Positions 1 to 8,944 are shown, numbered from the stretch's first letter. The stretch is 36,726 nucleotides of DNA from Thermoplasmata archaeon (GCA_007129655.1 SKVC01000091.1:1-36726); one strand, 5' to 3'. The notes: a model not told the origin generated them from the sequence alone. Numbers and translations: made by a program.

Positions 1-1032
1 GATGAAAAAGACGAAGTTGTTGGAATGGTAACACAGGAAATGTTTACTCAGAGGAGACATCTTCCACTTTCGACAAAATTGGAAAACGTCATGAATAGTC
101 CTCCTTCGGTTCAAACCGAAGATAATGTGATGGATATCTGCGAAATGCTCATGTCTGCAGGATATCGTGGGATACCTGTGAAGTCATCCAAAGGGAAAAT
201 AGTAGGGTTTGTTTCCCGAACAGACATAGTTAAAAAGATACCTGAGATGAAGGAATTTAAGGACTTGAAAGTTAATGAGATAATGACTCCTGCACCTTCA
301 ACGATCACGGAACACGATTCGATCGATTTGGCAAAGAACATGATGAGAGATCTCGATGAAAAGGTTCTTCCGGTCGTGAACAAACAGGGTAAATTGAGTG
401 GTATGATCGGTATTAAGGATATGATAAAATCCGATCTATATCCGTATATTAGAGAAGAAAAAGGCGACATGACAGGTGAGCGAGATTCACCACACCGAAA
501 GATAGAGATAAGAAGCTTGATGAATTCTCCACCGATAACTACCACACCGGACGAAGACAGTATAGAGGCCGCACGTAAGATGGCTGAAAATGATATATCT
601 ACTCTTATAGCATTGGACGAATACGGAGATATCAAAGGTGTTCTTACCAGTATTGACTTGATAGAGACTCTAGCGAGTTTCAAAGAAGGCGAACGTGTTT
701 ATGTACAAATAACCGGGCTAAACGAAGGGCCGGATACGCTGGATATGATGTACGAACTGATACAAAAATATCTGCAGAAATTCAATAATGTTATCAAACC
801 GTTGGTTATGAATATTCACGTGGTTACTCACAACAAAGAAGGTACCGAAACGAAATTCAGTCTCCGTATGAGACTTCAATCGGATCACGGTATGTTCTAT
901 GTTAAGGAACATGATTGGAACATAATGAGGGCGCTTAACGAAGGTCTCGATAACATGGAACGTATCATATTCGAGGAAAAAGAGAGGCATCTGGATCGGA
1001 TCAGAAAACATCCTAAATACAGAGGTCAGTAG
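1..1032 (+). CDS. CBS-domain protein (three complete CBS repeats plus the tail of a fourth) with a C-terminal HPF/RaiA (S30AE / sigma-54 modulation)-like domain. The 5' end is truncated by the window edge.
   Basis: Frame 1 is open from base 1 (DEKDEVVGMVT is a typical CBS C-terminal strand). CBS-like repeats such as IPVKSSKGKIVGFVSRTDIV, LPVVNKQGKLSGMIGIKDMI and LIALDEYGDIKGVLTSIDLI are present. The C-terminal ~105 aa (VYVQITG...HDWNIMRALNEGLDNMERIIFEEKERH) follow the HPF/YfiA pattern. Confidence 0.75.
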   Translation, partial: DEKDEVVGMVTQEMFTQRRHLPLSTKLENVMNSPPSVQTEDNVMDICEMLMSAGYRGIPVKSSKGKIVGFVSRTDIVKKIPEMKEFKDLKVNEIMTPAPSTITEHDSIDLAKNMMRDLDEKVLPVVNKQGKLSGMIGIKDMIKSDLYPYIREEKGDMTGERDSPHRKIEIRSLMNSPPITTTPDEDSIEAARKMAENDISTLIALDEYGDIKGVLTSIDLIETLASFKEGERVYVQITGLNEGPDTLDMMYELIQKYLQKFNNVIKPLVMNIHVVTHNKEGTETKFSLRMRLQSDHGMFYVKEHDWNIMRALNEGLDNMERIIFEEKERHLDRIRKHPKYRGQ

Positions 1033-2030
1033 AACTTCCAGTGATCTTGGAGAGCACGCTTAGTTCTCTCTACAGCCTGTCTTCCGAGACAATTGTCATC
1101 GTATACACTTGTGTGTTCCAGTTTCAGCTCTTTCCCCTCGGTCAAAGCGGATATACCGGCTATTATCTCGGCTAAAGAGTTTAGATGATATCCTCCTTCA
1201 AGGAAGAAGGCTATTTTCCCACCACACAATTTTTGTGAGAGGTCGATCGATTTTTTTGACATCTCGATGTATGCTTGACTCGAAAGAGATAATCCCGTCA
1301 TTCCATCGGAATAGTGACCATCGGTACCCAGAGAAACGAGTATTAATTTAGGTTTATAATCTGATAATATCGGTTCTATCAATTCATCCCACGCGAATCC
1401 GTAGGACGAATCACCGACTCCTGTTTGAAATGGAACGTTAACGTTAAAACCTTCACCCCTTCCATCTCCTATGGCTATGGCTTCGCCCGTACCCGGATAT
1501 ATTCCATAATGATGGGTAGAGATGAACAAAACTCCCGGATCAGAGTAGTATATATCGCTAGTACCGTTTCCATGATGACCGTCAAAATCCAATATTGCAA
1601 CTTTATCCACGCCTGAATGTGCCGCTGCCAGGGCTATATTATTTAAGTAACAGAAACCTCCACCATAACCGGCGCCTGCGTGGTGTCCCGGCGGCCTTAG
1701 AAGAGCCAGGGCGGCCTTGCCTTTTTTGGAGATATCGACAGCAGATAAAGCTCCGGCTGCGGATAGTCTAGCGATATCGTATGTGCTTTCACAGATATAG
1801 GTGTCACCACCGTCCAAATAGCCGGGTGGATGAGACTTTAATCGAGATATGTATTCTTCCGTATGAACCACGGTTAAATTCTCTTCGGAAATATGTTCGG
1901 GAACGATAACATCTTCTGTCAGATCCTCCTTATCGAGTCGCTCCATAACTTCGATTAACCTATCAGGTCTTTCCGGGTGGGTCCCCTTTTGTTTATGAAG
2001 GATATAATCAGGATGAAATATTATCTCCAT
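1026..2030 (-). CDS. Histone deacetylase-family enzyme (AcuC / acetylpolyamine amidohydrolase-like)
   Basis: Classic HDAC motifs are present: HPERPDRL, LRPPGHHA, DFDGHHGNGT, GTDGH. Length is 334 aa. Confidence 0.85.
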   Translation of the reverse strand: MEIIFHPDYILHKQKGTHPERPDRLIEVMERLDKEDLTEDVIVPEHISEENLTVVHTEEYISRLKSHPPGYLDGGDTYICESTYDIARLSAAGALSAVDISKKGKAALALLRPPGHHAGAGYGGGFCYLNNIALAAAHSGVDKVAILDFDGHHGNGTSDIYYSDPGVLFISTHHYGIYPGTGEAIAIGDGRGEGFNVNVPFQTGVGDSSYGFAWDELIEPILSDYKPKLILVSLGTDGHYSDGMTGLSLSSQAYIEMSKKSIDLSQKLCGGKIAFFLEGGYHLNSLAEIIAGISALTEGKELKLEHTSVYDDNCLGRQAVERTKRALQDHWKFY

Positions 2031-2053
2031 ATTTGTGTAAAACTTAGCAAATT

Positions 2054-2061
2054 ATTTAAAT
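2054..2061. promoter_or_regulatory. Palindromic TATA-like box ATTTAAAT shared by the divergent HDAC-family and dph6 genes
   Basis: The divergent intergenic region is only 51 bp. The perfect palindrome lies about 24-28 nt from both start codons (2030 on the minus strand, 2082 on the plus strand). Confidence 0.4.
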
Positions 2062-2081
2062 GTTGATGACAAAGAACCTGC

Positions 2082-2750
2082 ATGGGTTACGCGGTACTGT
2101 ATTCCGGTGGAAAAGATTCCAATCTTGCTATGTGGTATGGTGAGAAAGCAGGAATAGATATTAAAGTGATTTTAACCGTATCTCCTCGTAGCGAAGATAG
2201 TTATATGTTTCATAAACCAAATCTTGGACTCGTACCTCAATTAACAGAATCAATGGGTTTAGAACAGATAACCGTTGAAACTTGCGGTGAAAAAGAAGTT
2301 GAACTGGAAGAGCTTGAGAAAACCCTTGAACAACTTGAGATAGAAGGAGTTATCAGCGGAGCAGTAGCGTCTACATATCAGCGCGACAGGATAGACAATA
2401 TTTGCGGAGAACACGGTTGGGATCATTATGCACCTTTATGGGGTATGGAACAAAGGGAGATATTAGACACCTTGATCGAAGAGGGTTTTGAATGTGTCAT
2501 CGTGGGAGTCGCCGCCATGGGTCTAGATAGTTCGTGGTTGGGTAGAACTATCGATGATAAATTGATAAAGGAATTGGAAGAACTGGAAGATAGATATAAA
2601 ATAAATATAGCCGGGGAAGGAGGGGAATATGAAAGTCTAGTGTTAGGTGGCCCAAATTTCAGATGGGGTTTCGAAATAGTATCTGCAGTAAAACATTGGG
2701 ACGGTCACAGAGGTACATTAGAGGTAAAAGAATTGAAAAGGAGGGCATGA
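2082..2750 (+). CDS. dph6: Diphthine-ammonia ligase (diphthamide synthase, MJ0570-type PP-loop ATPase domain)
   Basis: An N-terminal SGGKDS PP-loop and a C-terminal GEGGEYESLV motif are present. At 222 aa it matches the archaeal single-domain form. Confidence 0.8.
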   Translation: MGYAVLYSGGKDSNLAMWYGEKAGIDIKVILTVSPRSEDSYMFHKPNLGLVPQLTESMGLEQITVETCGEKEVELEELEKTLEQLEIEGVISGAVASTYQRDRIDNICGEHGWDHYAPLWGMEQREILDTLIEEGFECVIVGVAAMGLDSSWLGRTIDDKLIKELEELEDRYKINIAGEGGEYESLVLGGPNFRWGFEIVSAVKHWDGHRGTLEVKELKRRA

Positions 2751-2770
2751 AACAGGCCCTTGAATATGTT

Positions 2771-3304
2771 TTATCTTACGAAGGTAGATTCCTTGCCTAT
2801 CTCTTTCGGATCAGGGGTGATATCTTCACCTGGAGATTGATCTTTACCATCTGTGTGAAAATCTACCTCGTCTTTGAGTATATCGTAATGTTTACGCTCC
2901 ATGTTAGCTAAATGTTCGAAGGTGTCTTTGTAGAGTTTCTTCTCTTTAGCTAGATATCGATATATCTTTTCAGCATTCAATTCGTTTTGGCGGGCCGCCT
3001 GAAGAGATTCTATCATACTTTCTGTAGTTCCTACATCGATCTCGGCTTCGTGTGGCGGTAATTCCTTGTCCTTAGGGAATTTTATCTTTTTGTCACCGAA
3101 CTCATTCTGGTGTATCTTTTTGAGCTCATGACTATGCATCTCTTCCTCCTCGGCTAGTTTTCTGAATTTTTTGCCCTTCAATTCACCGACGACATTTTCT
3201 GCGAATTCGAGATAGGTTTTCCTAGAAGCTTTTTCTGCAACTATAGAATATCCGATGATCTCCCTGAATGTCAACTCGTCCAATACTTCTTTCATGCTTA
3301 TCAA
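2771..3304 (-). CDS. Ferritin-like / rubrerythrin-family di-iron protein
   Basis: It has two E...ExxH half-sites (AEKAS...EEEMHSHE and NAEKIY...MERKHYD). It is a paralogue of the next gene. Confidence 0.6.
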   Translation of the reverse strand: MISMKEVLDELTFREIIGYSIVAEKASRKTYLEFAENVVGELKGKKFRKLAEEEEMHSHELKKIHQNEFGDKKIKFPKDKELPPHEAEIDVGTTESMIESLQAARQNELNAEKIYRYLAKEKKLYKDTFEHLANMERKHYDILKDEVDFHTDGKDQSPGEDITPDPKEIGKESTFVR

Positions 3305-3363
3305 TCTTAGAAAGACGTGGTGTTATAAATCTCTTTCGAAGAAATTTACTGTTCCGGGTTCGG

Positions 3364-3906
3364 TTATCTCACTTTGCTGGAGATGTTTTCTCTTTCCTCT
3401 CTTATCCAGATAGAAGGATCTTCGCTGCCCTTTATTTCTTTCGTATCTACACCCTCTTCGTACATTTTCTTTTCAGCCTTCAAAGATTCATAGTGGCCGT
3501 GTTCCATAGCGGCGAGTAATTTGAAAAATTTCTTGTGTTCGGGTTGATTTTTTGCCAGGTAGGTATATATCTCATAGGCGTTGTGTTCACTTTTGATGGC
3601 TGCATCTAAAGATTGTATCAGATTGATTATAGTATCTATATTGACGTCGCCTTCGTGTGGTGGAAGACCTTCTTTATCAGGTACTACATACTTATCGTTT
3701 CCAAAGAGACGTTTGTGCAGTTTCAATAGCTCTGATTTATGCATCTTTTCGTCGGATGCCAGGGAATGATATCTCTGGGCCGGTAATTCAGACAATCCGT
3801 CTGCCATCTTTGTATAGAATTGATATGCATTTTCTTCTGCTTCGATTGAATAACCCATTATCTCCTTGAAGCTCAGCGAATCTAGTGTTTCGTACATGTT
3901 TATCAT
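3364..3906 (-). CDS. Ferritin-like / rubrerythrin-family di-iron protein (tandem paralogue)
   Basis: It shares the same architecture and N-terminus (MINMYETLDSLSFKEIMGYSIEAEE versus MISMKEVLDELTFREIIGYSIVAEK). Motifs include DEKMHKSE and MEHGHYE. Confidence 0.6.
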   Translation of the reverse strand: MINMYETLDSLSFKEIMGYSIEAEENAYQFYTKMADGLSELPAQRYHSLASDEKMHKSELLKLHKRLFGNDKYVVPDKEGLPPHEGDVNIDTIINLIQSLDAAIKSEHNAYEIYTYLAKNQPEHKKFFKLLAAMEHGHYESLKAEKKMYEEGVDTKEIKGSEDPSIWIREERENISSKVR

Positions 3907-3941
3907 ATTTATCAGGAGCTTTGATGTATAAAATCCTTTTG

Positions 3942-5108
3942 TTATAGGTGAAGATTAAGAATGTTATTTATCGAACCCTTGATACTTTCAAAGGATTCGG
4001 TATCATCGGCACCTTCTTTTTTCAGACTCCAGAGCTTTTGAAATATTGGTAGGATCTGGCTCTCTTTAGCCATATTGCGTTGGGCTGCAACCTCCAAAAC
4101 GTATACCAGCTGGGATATCGCTTCTGAGCTATCGTTTGGAAGTGGATTACTTAATATTGATTTTATCAATCTTGGCTCTTCTCGGTCTAAGAAGTCATCC
4201 TCTCTCTTTAAAACATCGTCTATGTGATCCATATCTTCATGGTATATCTCCCAACCGGATCCACCAATATTCTCTTCCAAATGTTCCTTTTTGGAAGGTC
4301 CGGTAAGAGCACAGACGATGCCTGGTTGGGAAAGTACCCATCTGATTGCTATTTGAACAGGTGTTTTATCGTACTTTTTTCCGAGTTCTTTCAACTCGTC
4401 TACTATGCGTAAAGCTGATTCTGATCTAGTGTATTTGAACAATGGATCGATATTTCGTATATCTATATCCTGAAAACTGGAATTTCTGTTGTATCTGCCG
4501 GTTAGTACACCCCTTCCGGTAACGCTGAAAGCGATGCCGGCGATCCCTTCATCTCTACATATGGGTAGAAGAGTATCTAAAGCTGAACGAGCAACGGGGC
4601 TAAGTTCCATCATCACGGCCCCTATATTTCCTTTTTTAAAGTAAGATGATGCATTTTCTTGGGAAAGATGGCTTATACCGTAATGCACGATCTTACCGTC
4701 GCTTTGGAGATCTTGTAGTGCGTTCAATGTTTCCTCGATAGGTGTATTTATATCTGCATAATGCACAAAGTAAAAATCTATATAATCTGTATCGAGTTCC
4801 CGTAAACTGTTTTCACAGGATGATATCACATGTTCATACGAAAGTATCGGTTCGATTTCGTTCTTCATCCCTACCTTGGTACTCACATACATTTCTTCGC
4901 GATCTGGCTTTATGATTTTTCCCAATATTCTTTCGGCTTTGGGTCCATATGCAGGTGCCGTATCGAAATAATTTACTCCGTGTTTTCTAGCATGAAGAAG
5001 TACTTTTTTATAGGTGCTGATATCAGTGCCACCGTAGGCGCCGCTTAGTGCGTAACACCCCATACCGACTTGGGATATATCCATCTTTTTGTACCTGCTG
5101 TAGTCCAT
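3942..5108 (-). CDS. Aldo/keto reductase with an ~80-aa C-terminal extension
   Basis: The AKR pattern is present (GVNYFDTAPAYG, YIDFYFVH, HYGISH, IRWVLSQPGI). At 388 aa it is longer than typical AKRs. Confidence 0.75.
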   Translation of the reverse strand: MDYSRYKKMDISQVGMGCYALSGAYGGTDISTYKKVLLHARKHGVNYFDTAPAYGPKAERILGKIIKPDREEMYVSTKVGMKNEIEPILSYEHVISSCENSLRELDTDYIDFYFVHYADINTPIEETLNALQDLQSDGKIVHYGISHLSQENASSYFKKGNIGAVMMELSPVARSALDTLLPICRDEGIAGIAFSVTGRGVLTGRYNRNSSFQDIDIRNIDPLFKYTRSESALRIVDELKELGKKYDKTPVQIAIRWVLSQPGIVCALTGPSKKEHLEENIGGSGWEIYHEDMDHIDDVLKREDDFLDREEPRLIKSILSNPLPNDSSEAISQLVYVLEVAAQRNMAKESQILPIFQKLWSLKKEGADDTESFESIKGSINNILNLHL

Positions 5109-5122
5109 TTTAAACTCCAGTT

Positions 5123-5683
5123 TCAGTAATTGTAACCTTCTTTTTCCTCCTTGGTAACTTCGACTCCCAGACCAAGGGCTATTCGGTTGACGAAATTGAA
5201 GTAACTAGTGATCAGGTTGACATTCAGGATTTCTGATTCGGATAGACCGTTATCCCTAAATTCTTCGATATCTTTGTTTTCGATTGAATTCGGGTTCTCC
5301 GTAAGTTTTCTAGCGTACCGTACTAAACTTTTCTCTCTTTCGGTCAGTGAAGGCATCTCATGTTGCTTCATTATCAGTTCGTCGATCCTTTGATTGTCTT
5401 TCCAATAGTGATTCAGTGCCTCAGAATGGTGCTCGACACAATATTTGCAGCCGTTGGATGCTGATACGATTACCGCTATGAGCTCGCATTCCTCCCGAGA
5501 TATTTTTCGATCCCGGAACATGATGCTCATGTAGAGGTCTAGATGTGCAGCTAAAGCATTTGGATTGAGGCTGTGCACCTTCATTATGTTGGAGATTTTA
5601 CCACGTTGCTTTTTTAGACCATCGTATAGTTCTCCGAGCTTCCCCTCTGCATCCTCTTCTTCGATTTCTTTAATCCATGACAT
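5123..5683 (-). CDS. Carboxymuconolactone decarboxylase / AhpD-like peroxidase-related protein
   Basis: It has a CxxC-H motif (CKYCVEHH) in a helical ~186-aa protein typical of the CMD/AhpD family. Confidence 0.65.
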   Translation of the reverse strand: MSWIKEIEEEDAEGKLGELYDGLKKQRGKISNIMKVHSLNPNALAAHLDLYMSIMFRDRKISREECELIAVIVSASNGCKYCVEHHSEALNHYWKDNQRIDELIMKQHEMPSLTEREKSLVRYARKLTENPNSIENKDIEEFRDNGLSESEILNVNLITSYFNFVNRIALGLGVEVTKEEKEGYNY

Positions 5684-5694
5684 ATTTTGACCTC

Positions 5695-6366
5695 TTATCT
5701 TTTATTGTCGTCTAAAGGCTCTTCCAATATATAGATTATATCTTTAGGTGTTTCGGCTAGGAATTCGGCCTCACTGATTTCATCTTTACCGTAGCCGTAA
5801 AGTGCACCGATGAACTGTATCGAATTTTCTTTTGCAGCTTCAAGATCGTGGTATCTATCTCCGATCATGATCGTACGGAGGTCGCCTGAGGACTCTATTA
5901 ACTCTTTGATCCCATGAACTTTGCTCTCCATATCATCCGCACTTTTGATAAAATCAAAATACCCTGTGATATTCTGGGTATAGAGTACATAATCTATATA
6001 ATCGGTCGTTGCATTGCTGCATATGGCTAGTGTATGGCCTTGATTTGACAATCGTTCAAGTATATTTGGGATGCCGGGAAAAAGCCGGCCATGTATCTTT
6101 ATATGCTTCGCTTCGGCTACCCAAAGAGCCTGTAAAAAATCATCGTACTTATCCATGCCATCATCTCCATAAGATGAAAGTAATTCAGTACAAAAATTCT
6201 TTGTGTTTTCGCCCATGAGAGATAGGATAAAGTCGTCCCGAGACGGAGGCAGACCGACATTTTTCAACGCTTCTTGAACTCCTGGTAATACAGATGCTTC
6301 GCTGTCTAGAAGCGTTCCGTCTAGGTCGAATATTATTAAGTACATTATATTGGGTTTATTTTCCAT
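5695..6366 (-). CDS. HAD-superfamily hydrolase (phosphoglycolate phosphatase-like)
   Basis: It has the DLDGTLLDS motif I, a later SNAT motif, and GDRYHDLEAA as motif IV. Confidence 0.75.
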   Translation of the reverse strand: MENKPNIMYLIIFDLDGTLLDSEASVLPGVQEALKNVGLPPSRDDFILSLMGENTKNFCTELLSSYGDDGMDKYDDFLQALWVAEAKHIKIHGRLFPGIPNILERLSNQGHTLAICSNATTDYIDYVLYTQNITGYFDFIKSADDMESKVHGIKELIESSGDLRTIMIGDRYHDLEAAKENSIQFIGALYGYGKDEISEAEFLAETPKDIIYILEEPLDDNKR

Positions 6367-6421
6367 GGGTAATAAGATTTACTCTTTCGCTGGTTTTATA
6401 TTCTAAAAACACTTGCCGGGC

Positions 6422-7072
6422 ATGATGACTAGCGGAGATATATACGGTCTGCTGCTTGTTTACATGTACGTGTTTGTACTTATAGCTGTGACTGAAAAGA
6501 TAGTCAATAACGGATTACTCAGCCGAAAGATACTACATGTTTGTGTCGGCAACGTATTGTTCATATTACCACTCTTTGATTCGCGTTGGGTCATGACTTT
6601 TTTGGCGGCTGCACCTTTCGTTTTACTCACGTACCTGATCAGTCCATATTCTCCTTTGAAAACAGTTAGTAAAACATCATCAAAGGGGCACAGTTTGGGC
6701 TTGTTTTACTATGCTGTTTCATGGACTGTTCTCGCGTTCTTCTTCTTCGAAAGACCTGAAATCATAGCTGTTGGTATAGTTGCGATGTCCTACGGCGACG
6801 GTTTCGCATCCATGGTGGGTGTGCGTTATGGTAAGAGAAAATTCAACGTTTGTGGAGATGAAAAATCCATTGAAGGGTCTATAACAATGTTTGGGGTGAC
6901 AGCAGCGATGGCGATGATCGTCCTTCTATATTATGGGGTCACACCCATTCCACTATACCTGATTGTTCTGATCCCTCTAGCAGCTACATTCGCGGAAGCT
7001 ATTACACCCAAAGGATTGGATAATTTGACCATATCCATATCTGCCGCAATACTTTATTACCTCTTATTTTGA
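6422..7072 (+). CDS. Polytopic membrane protein of the CTP-dependent polyprenol (dolichol/phytol) kinase family
   Basis: It has multiple TM helices and the motif SYGDGFASMVGVRYGKRKF...KSIEGSITMF. I prefer the ATG at 6422 over the TTG at 6413 because a TATA-like TTTTATATT lies at 6394-6402. Confidence 0.5.
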   Translation: MMTSGDIYGLLLVYMYVFVLIAVTEKIVNNGLLSRKILHVCVGNVLFILPLFDSRWVMTFLAAAPFVLLTYLISPYSPLKTVSKTSSKGHSLGLFYYAVSWTVLAFFFFERPEIIAVGIVAMSYGDGFASMVGVRYGKRKFNVCGDEKSIEGSITMFGVTAAMAMIVLLYYGVTPIPLYLIVLIPLAATFAEAITPKGLDNLTISISAAILYYLLF

Positions 7073-7082
7073 TTACTACGTA

Positions 7083-7646
7083 ATGCGCTTCGTTGTCATA
7101 GACGGTTTGGATGCTTCGGGAAAAGATACGCAGGCATCTTCCATTAAGCAGCGTTATGAAGATATGGGCGATCGGGTGATATTACGCTCACATCCATCTA
7201 CGGATAACATATACGGACGAAGGGCGAAAAGTGCATTATGGCGCAGAGACAAAAAAAGTAGATTGGAAGCCTCGGCTTACTATGCGATGGACGTTATCCA
7301 CTCAGTACGAAATTACTATGGAAAGGCAGACACCGTTATTTTTGTTAGATATCTCTGCGGAGCAGCCTATCTACCCTATCCTTTAGCTAAGACCCTATAT
7401 CACAGCTTTTCAACTCTTCTGCCTTCAACAAAATACAAAATTTTTTTGGATGTCGAACCTGAAATTGCCATCGAGAGAATAAACGGAAGGCCTAGGAAAC
7501 AGATGTTCGAGAACATGAGATCATTGAAAAAGGTAAGGTCTCGAGTATTAAGACTGGTAAACGATTGGTACATCATAGATGCATCCAAACCACTAGAAGA
7601 TGTACAAAATGATATACACTGCGTTCTCGATGAGCTCGATAAGTGA
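7083..7646 (+). CDS. dTMP-kinase-family P-loop kinase (atypical)
   Basis: It has an N-terminal IDGLDASGKDT P-loop and a Tmk-like length of 187 aa. The expected DR[YH] motif reads VRY. Confidence 0.5.
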   Translation: MRFVVIDGLDASGKDTQASSIKQRYEDMGDRVILRSHPSTDNIYGRRAKSALWRRDKKSRLEASAYYAMDVIHSVRNYYGKADTVIFVRYLCGAAYLPYPLAKTLYHSFSTLLPSTKYKIFLDVEPEIAIERINGRPRKQMFENMRSLKKVRSRVLRLVNDWYIIDASKPLEDVQNDIHCVLDELDK

Positions 7647-7666
7647 TTTTGAAATCAGATTATAGC

Positions 7667-8623
7667 TTATACTTCTACATCAAGATCTAGTTCTTTTACA
7701 AGTTCTTTATATCTGTTCCTTACCGTGACTTCGGTCACGGCAGCGACGTCTGCTACTTCTCGCTGTGTTCGTCTCTTATTTTCCTGAATAGACGATATGT
7801 ATATAGCTGCGGCCGCTAACCCAGTTGGGCCTTTTCCGGATATCAATTCTTTCTCCTCTGCCTTTTTAATTATGCTTTCGGCAACCTTTTGGACCTTTCC
7901 GCCTAGATTCAGTTCGCTACAGAATCGTCCTAAATACTCTTCAGGCCGTGTTGGCTTGAGTTTTAGTACGAGCTCTCTGCTCAAAAAACGATAGGTTCTT
8001 CCTATCTCTTTACGGTCTGAAGCAGATGCATCGGCTATCTCGTCCAAGGTACGTGGTACTCCGGCATCTCTGCAGGCGGCATAAAGGGAAGCCGCTACTA
8101 CGCTGTTGATGCTACGTCCACGTATGAGATTCTTCTTTACTGCTTTTCGGTAAACCACTGCTGCGCGTTCCCGGATATTCTTAGGCAAGCCCATTGTGGA
8201 TGCCATACGATCTAGTTCCTGAAGTGCATAAGCAAGGTTACGTTCAGTTGCATCTGAGACCCTTATTCTACGCTGCCATTTACGGAGTCTGTAGATCTGG
8301 GCCTTTTTCTTACTTGGAATAGCTCGACCGTAAGAATCTCTATTTGACCTATCTATACCTGTAGAAAGGCCTTTATCGTGCACCATTTCTGTCATAGGTG
8401 CACCTGTTCTCGCCCTACTTTCCTCCTGCTGCATATCGAATGAACGCCACTCCGGTCCTGAATCTATATATTGATTATCGACTACGAGACCGCAATCCTC
8501 ACACACAAGTTCACCCCTGTCATAGTCCTGGGCAAGGTGTTTGCTGCCGCATTCCGGACATTCAACTATAGTTTCTTCCCTATTGCTATTTTTTTCCTTC
8601 AGTTCGTTTAAATCTTCCACCAT
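7667..8623 (-). CDS. tfb: Transcription initiation factor IIB (TFB)
   Basis: It has an N-terminal zinc ribbon (CPECGS...CEDCG), a B-reader/linker, and two cyclin-fold repeats. Length is 318 aa. Confidence 0.95.
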   Translation of the reverse strand: MVEDLNELKEKNSNREETIVECPECGSKHLAQDYDRGELVCEDCGLVVDNQYIDSGPEWRSFDMQQEESRARTGAPMTEMVHDKGLSTGIDRSNRDSYGRAIPSKKKAQIYRLRKWQRRIRVSDATERNLAYALQELDRMASTMGLPKNIRERAAVVYRKAVKKNLIRGRSINSVVAASLYAACRDAGVPRTLDEIADASASDRKEIGRTYRFLSRELVLKLKPTRPEEYLGRFCSELNLGGKVQKVAESIIKKAEEKELISGKGPTGLAAAAIYISSIQENKRRTQREVADVAAVTEVTVRNRYKELVKELDLDVEV

Positions 8624-8624
8624 T

Positions 8625-8876
8625 TTATTCCACCTCTACATAAACGCCCTTTTCCATCATCGATATCGGATTATCCACCTTTTTTCGCAACCGGATCTCC
8701 ACATAAGGGTTATCCACTGGCCCCAGTAGAGAATGTGCTATACCTAAGTGATTTCTACGGTTGTCCTCAACACTACTCCCAAGAGGGATTGTGCGTGGAA
8801 ACCGACCGATAATAATGTCTCTATCGATGATATTTACAATCTTTCCTTGTATGAGCAAATTGTTTTCCTCCAACAC
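8625..8876 (-). CDS. gar1: H/ACA ribonucleoprotein component Gar1
   Basis: It has the motif [19 protein letters not shown] (compare Gar1 G.V.DVFGPV..PYV.IK) and is a small beta-barrel-sized protein. It has a GTG start and ends 1 nt before the tfb start, which is the common archaeal gar1-tfb arrangement. Confidence 0.75.
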   Translation of the reverse strand: MLEENNLLIQGKIVNIIDRDIIIGRFPRTIPLGSSVEDNRRNHLGIAHSLLGPVDNPYVEIRLRKKVDNPISMMEKGVYVEVE

Positions 8877-8924
8877 TTATTGGGTGCGTTTGTTTAGTTA
8901 TTACATAACCGAAGAATAAGTATT

Positions 8925-8944
8925 TAAGCTTTTCGTAAAGCTTA
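8925..8944. promoter_or_regulatory. Perfect 8-bp inverted repeat TAAGCTTT-TCGT-AAAGCTTA between the A24 peptidase stop and the gar1-tfb start
   Basis: Read directly from the sequence. It is flanked by TATA-like AT-rich boxes on the minus strand (CTTAAATACTT and TTTAAATAATAAG). Confidence 0.35.

Noticed and set aside
2063-2069. TGATGA (C-box-like) sequences here and at 23486-23492 that could indicate C/D box sRNAs.
   Set aside because: There is no correctly spaced D box (CUGA), C'/D' pair or terminal stem. At 23486 the CTGA follows after only 4 nt. Both sites lie in short 5' regions immediately before start codons.
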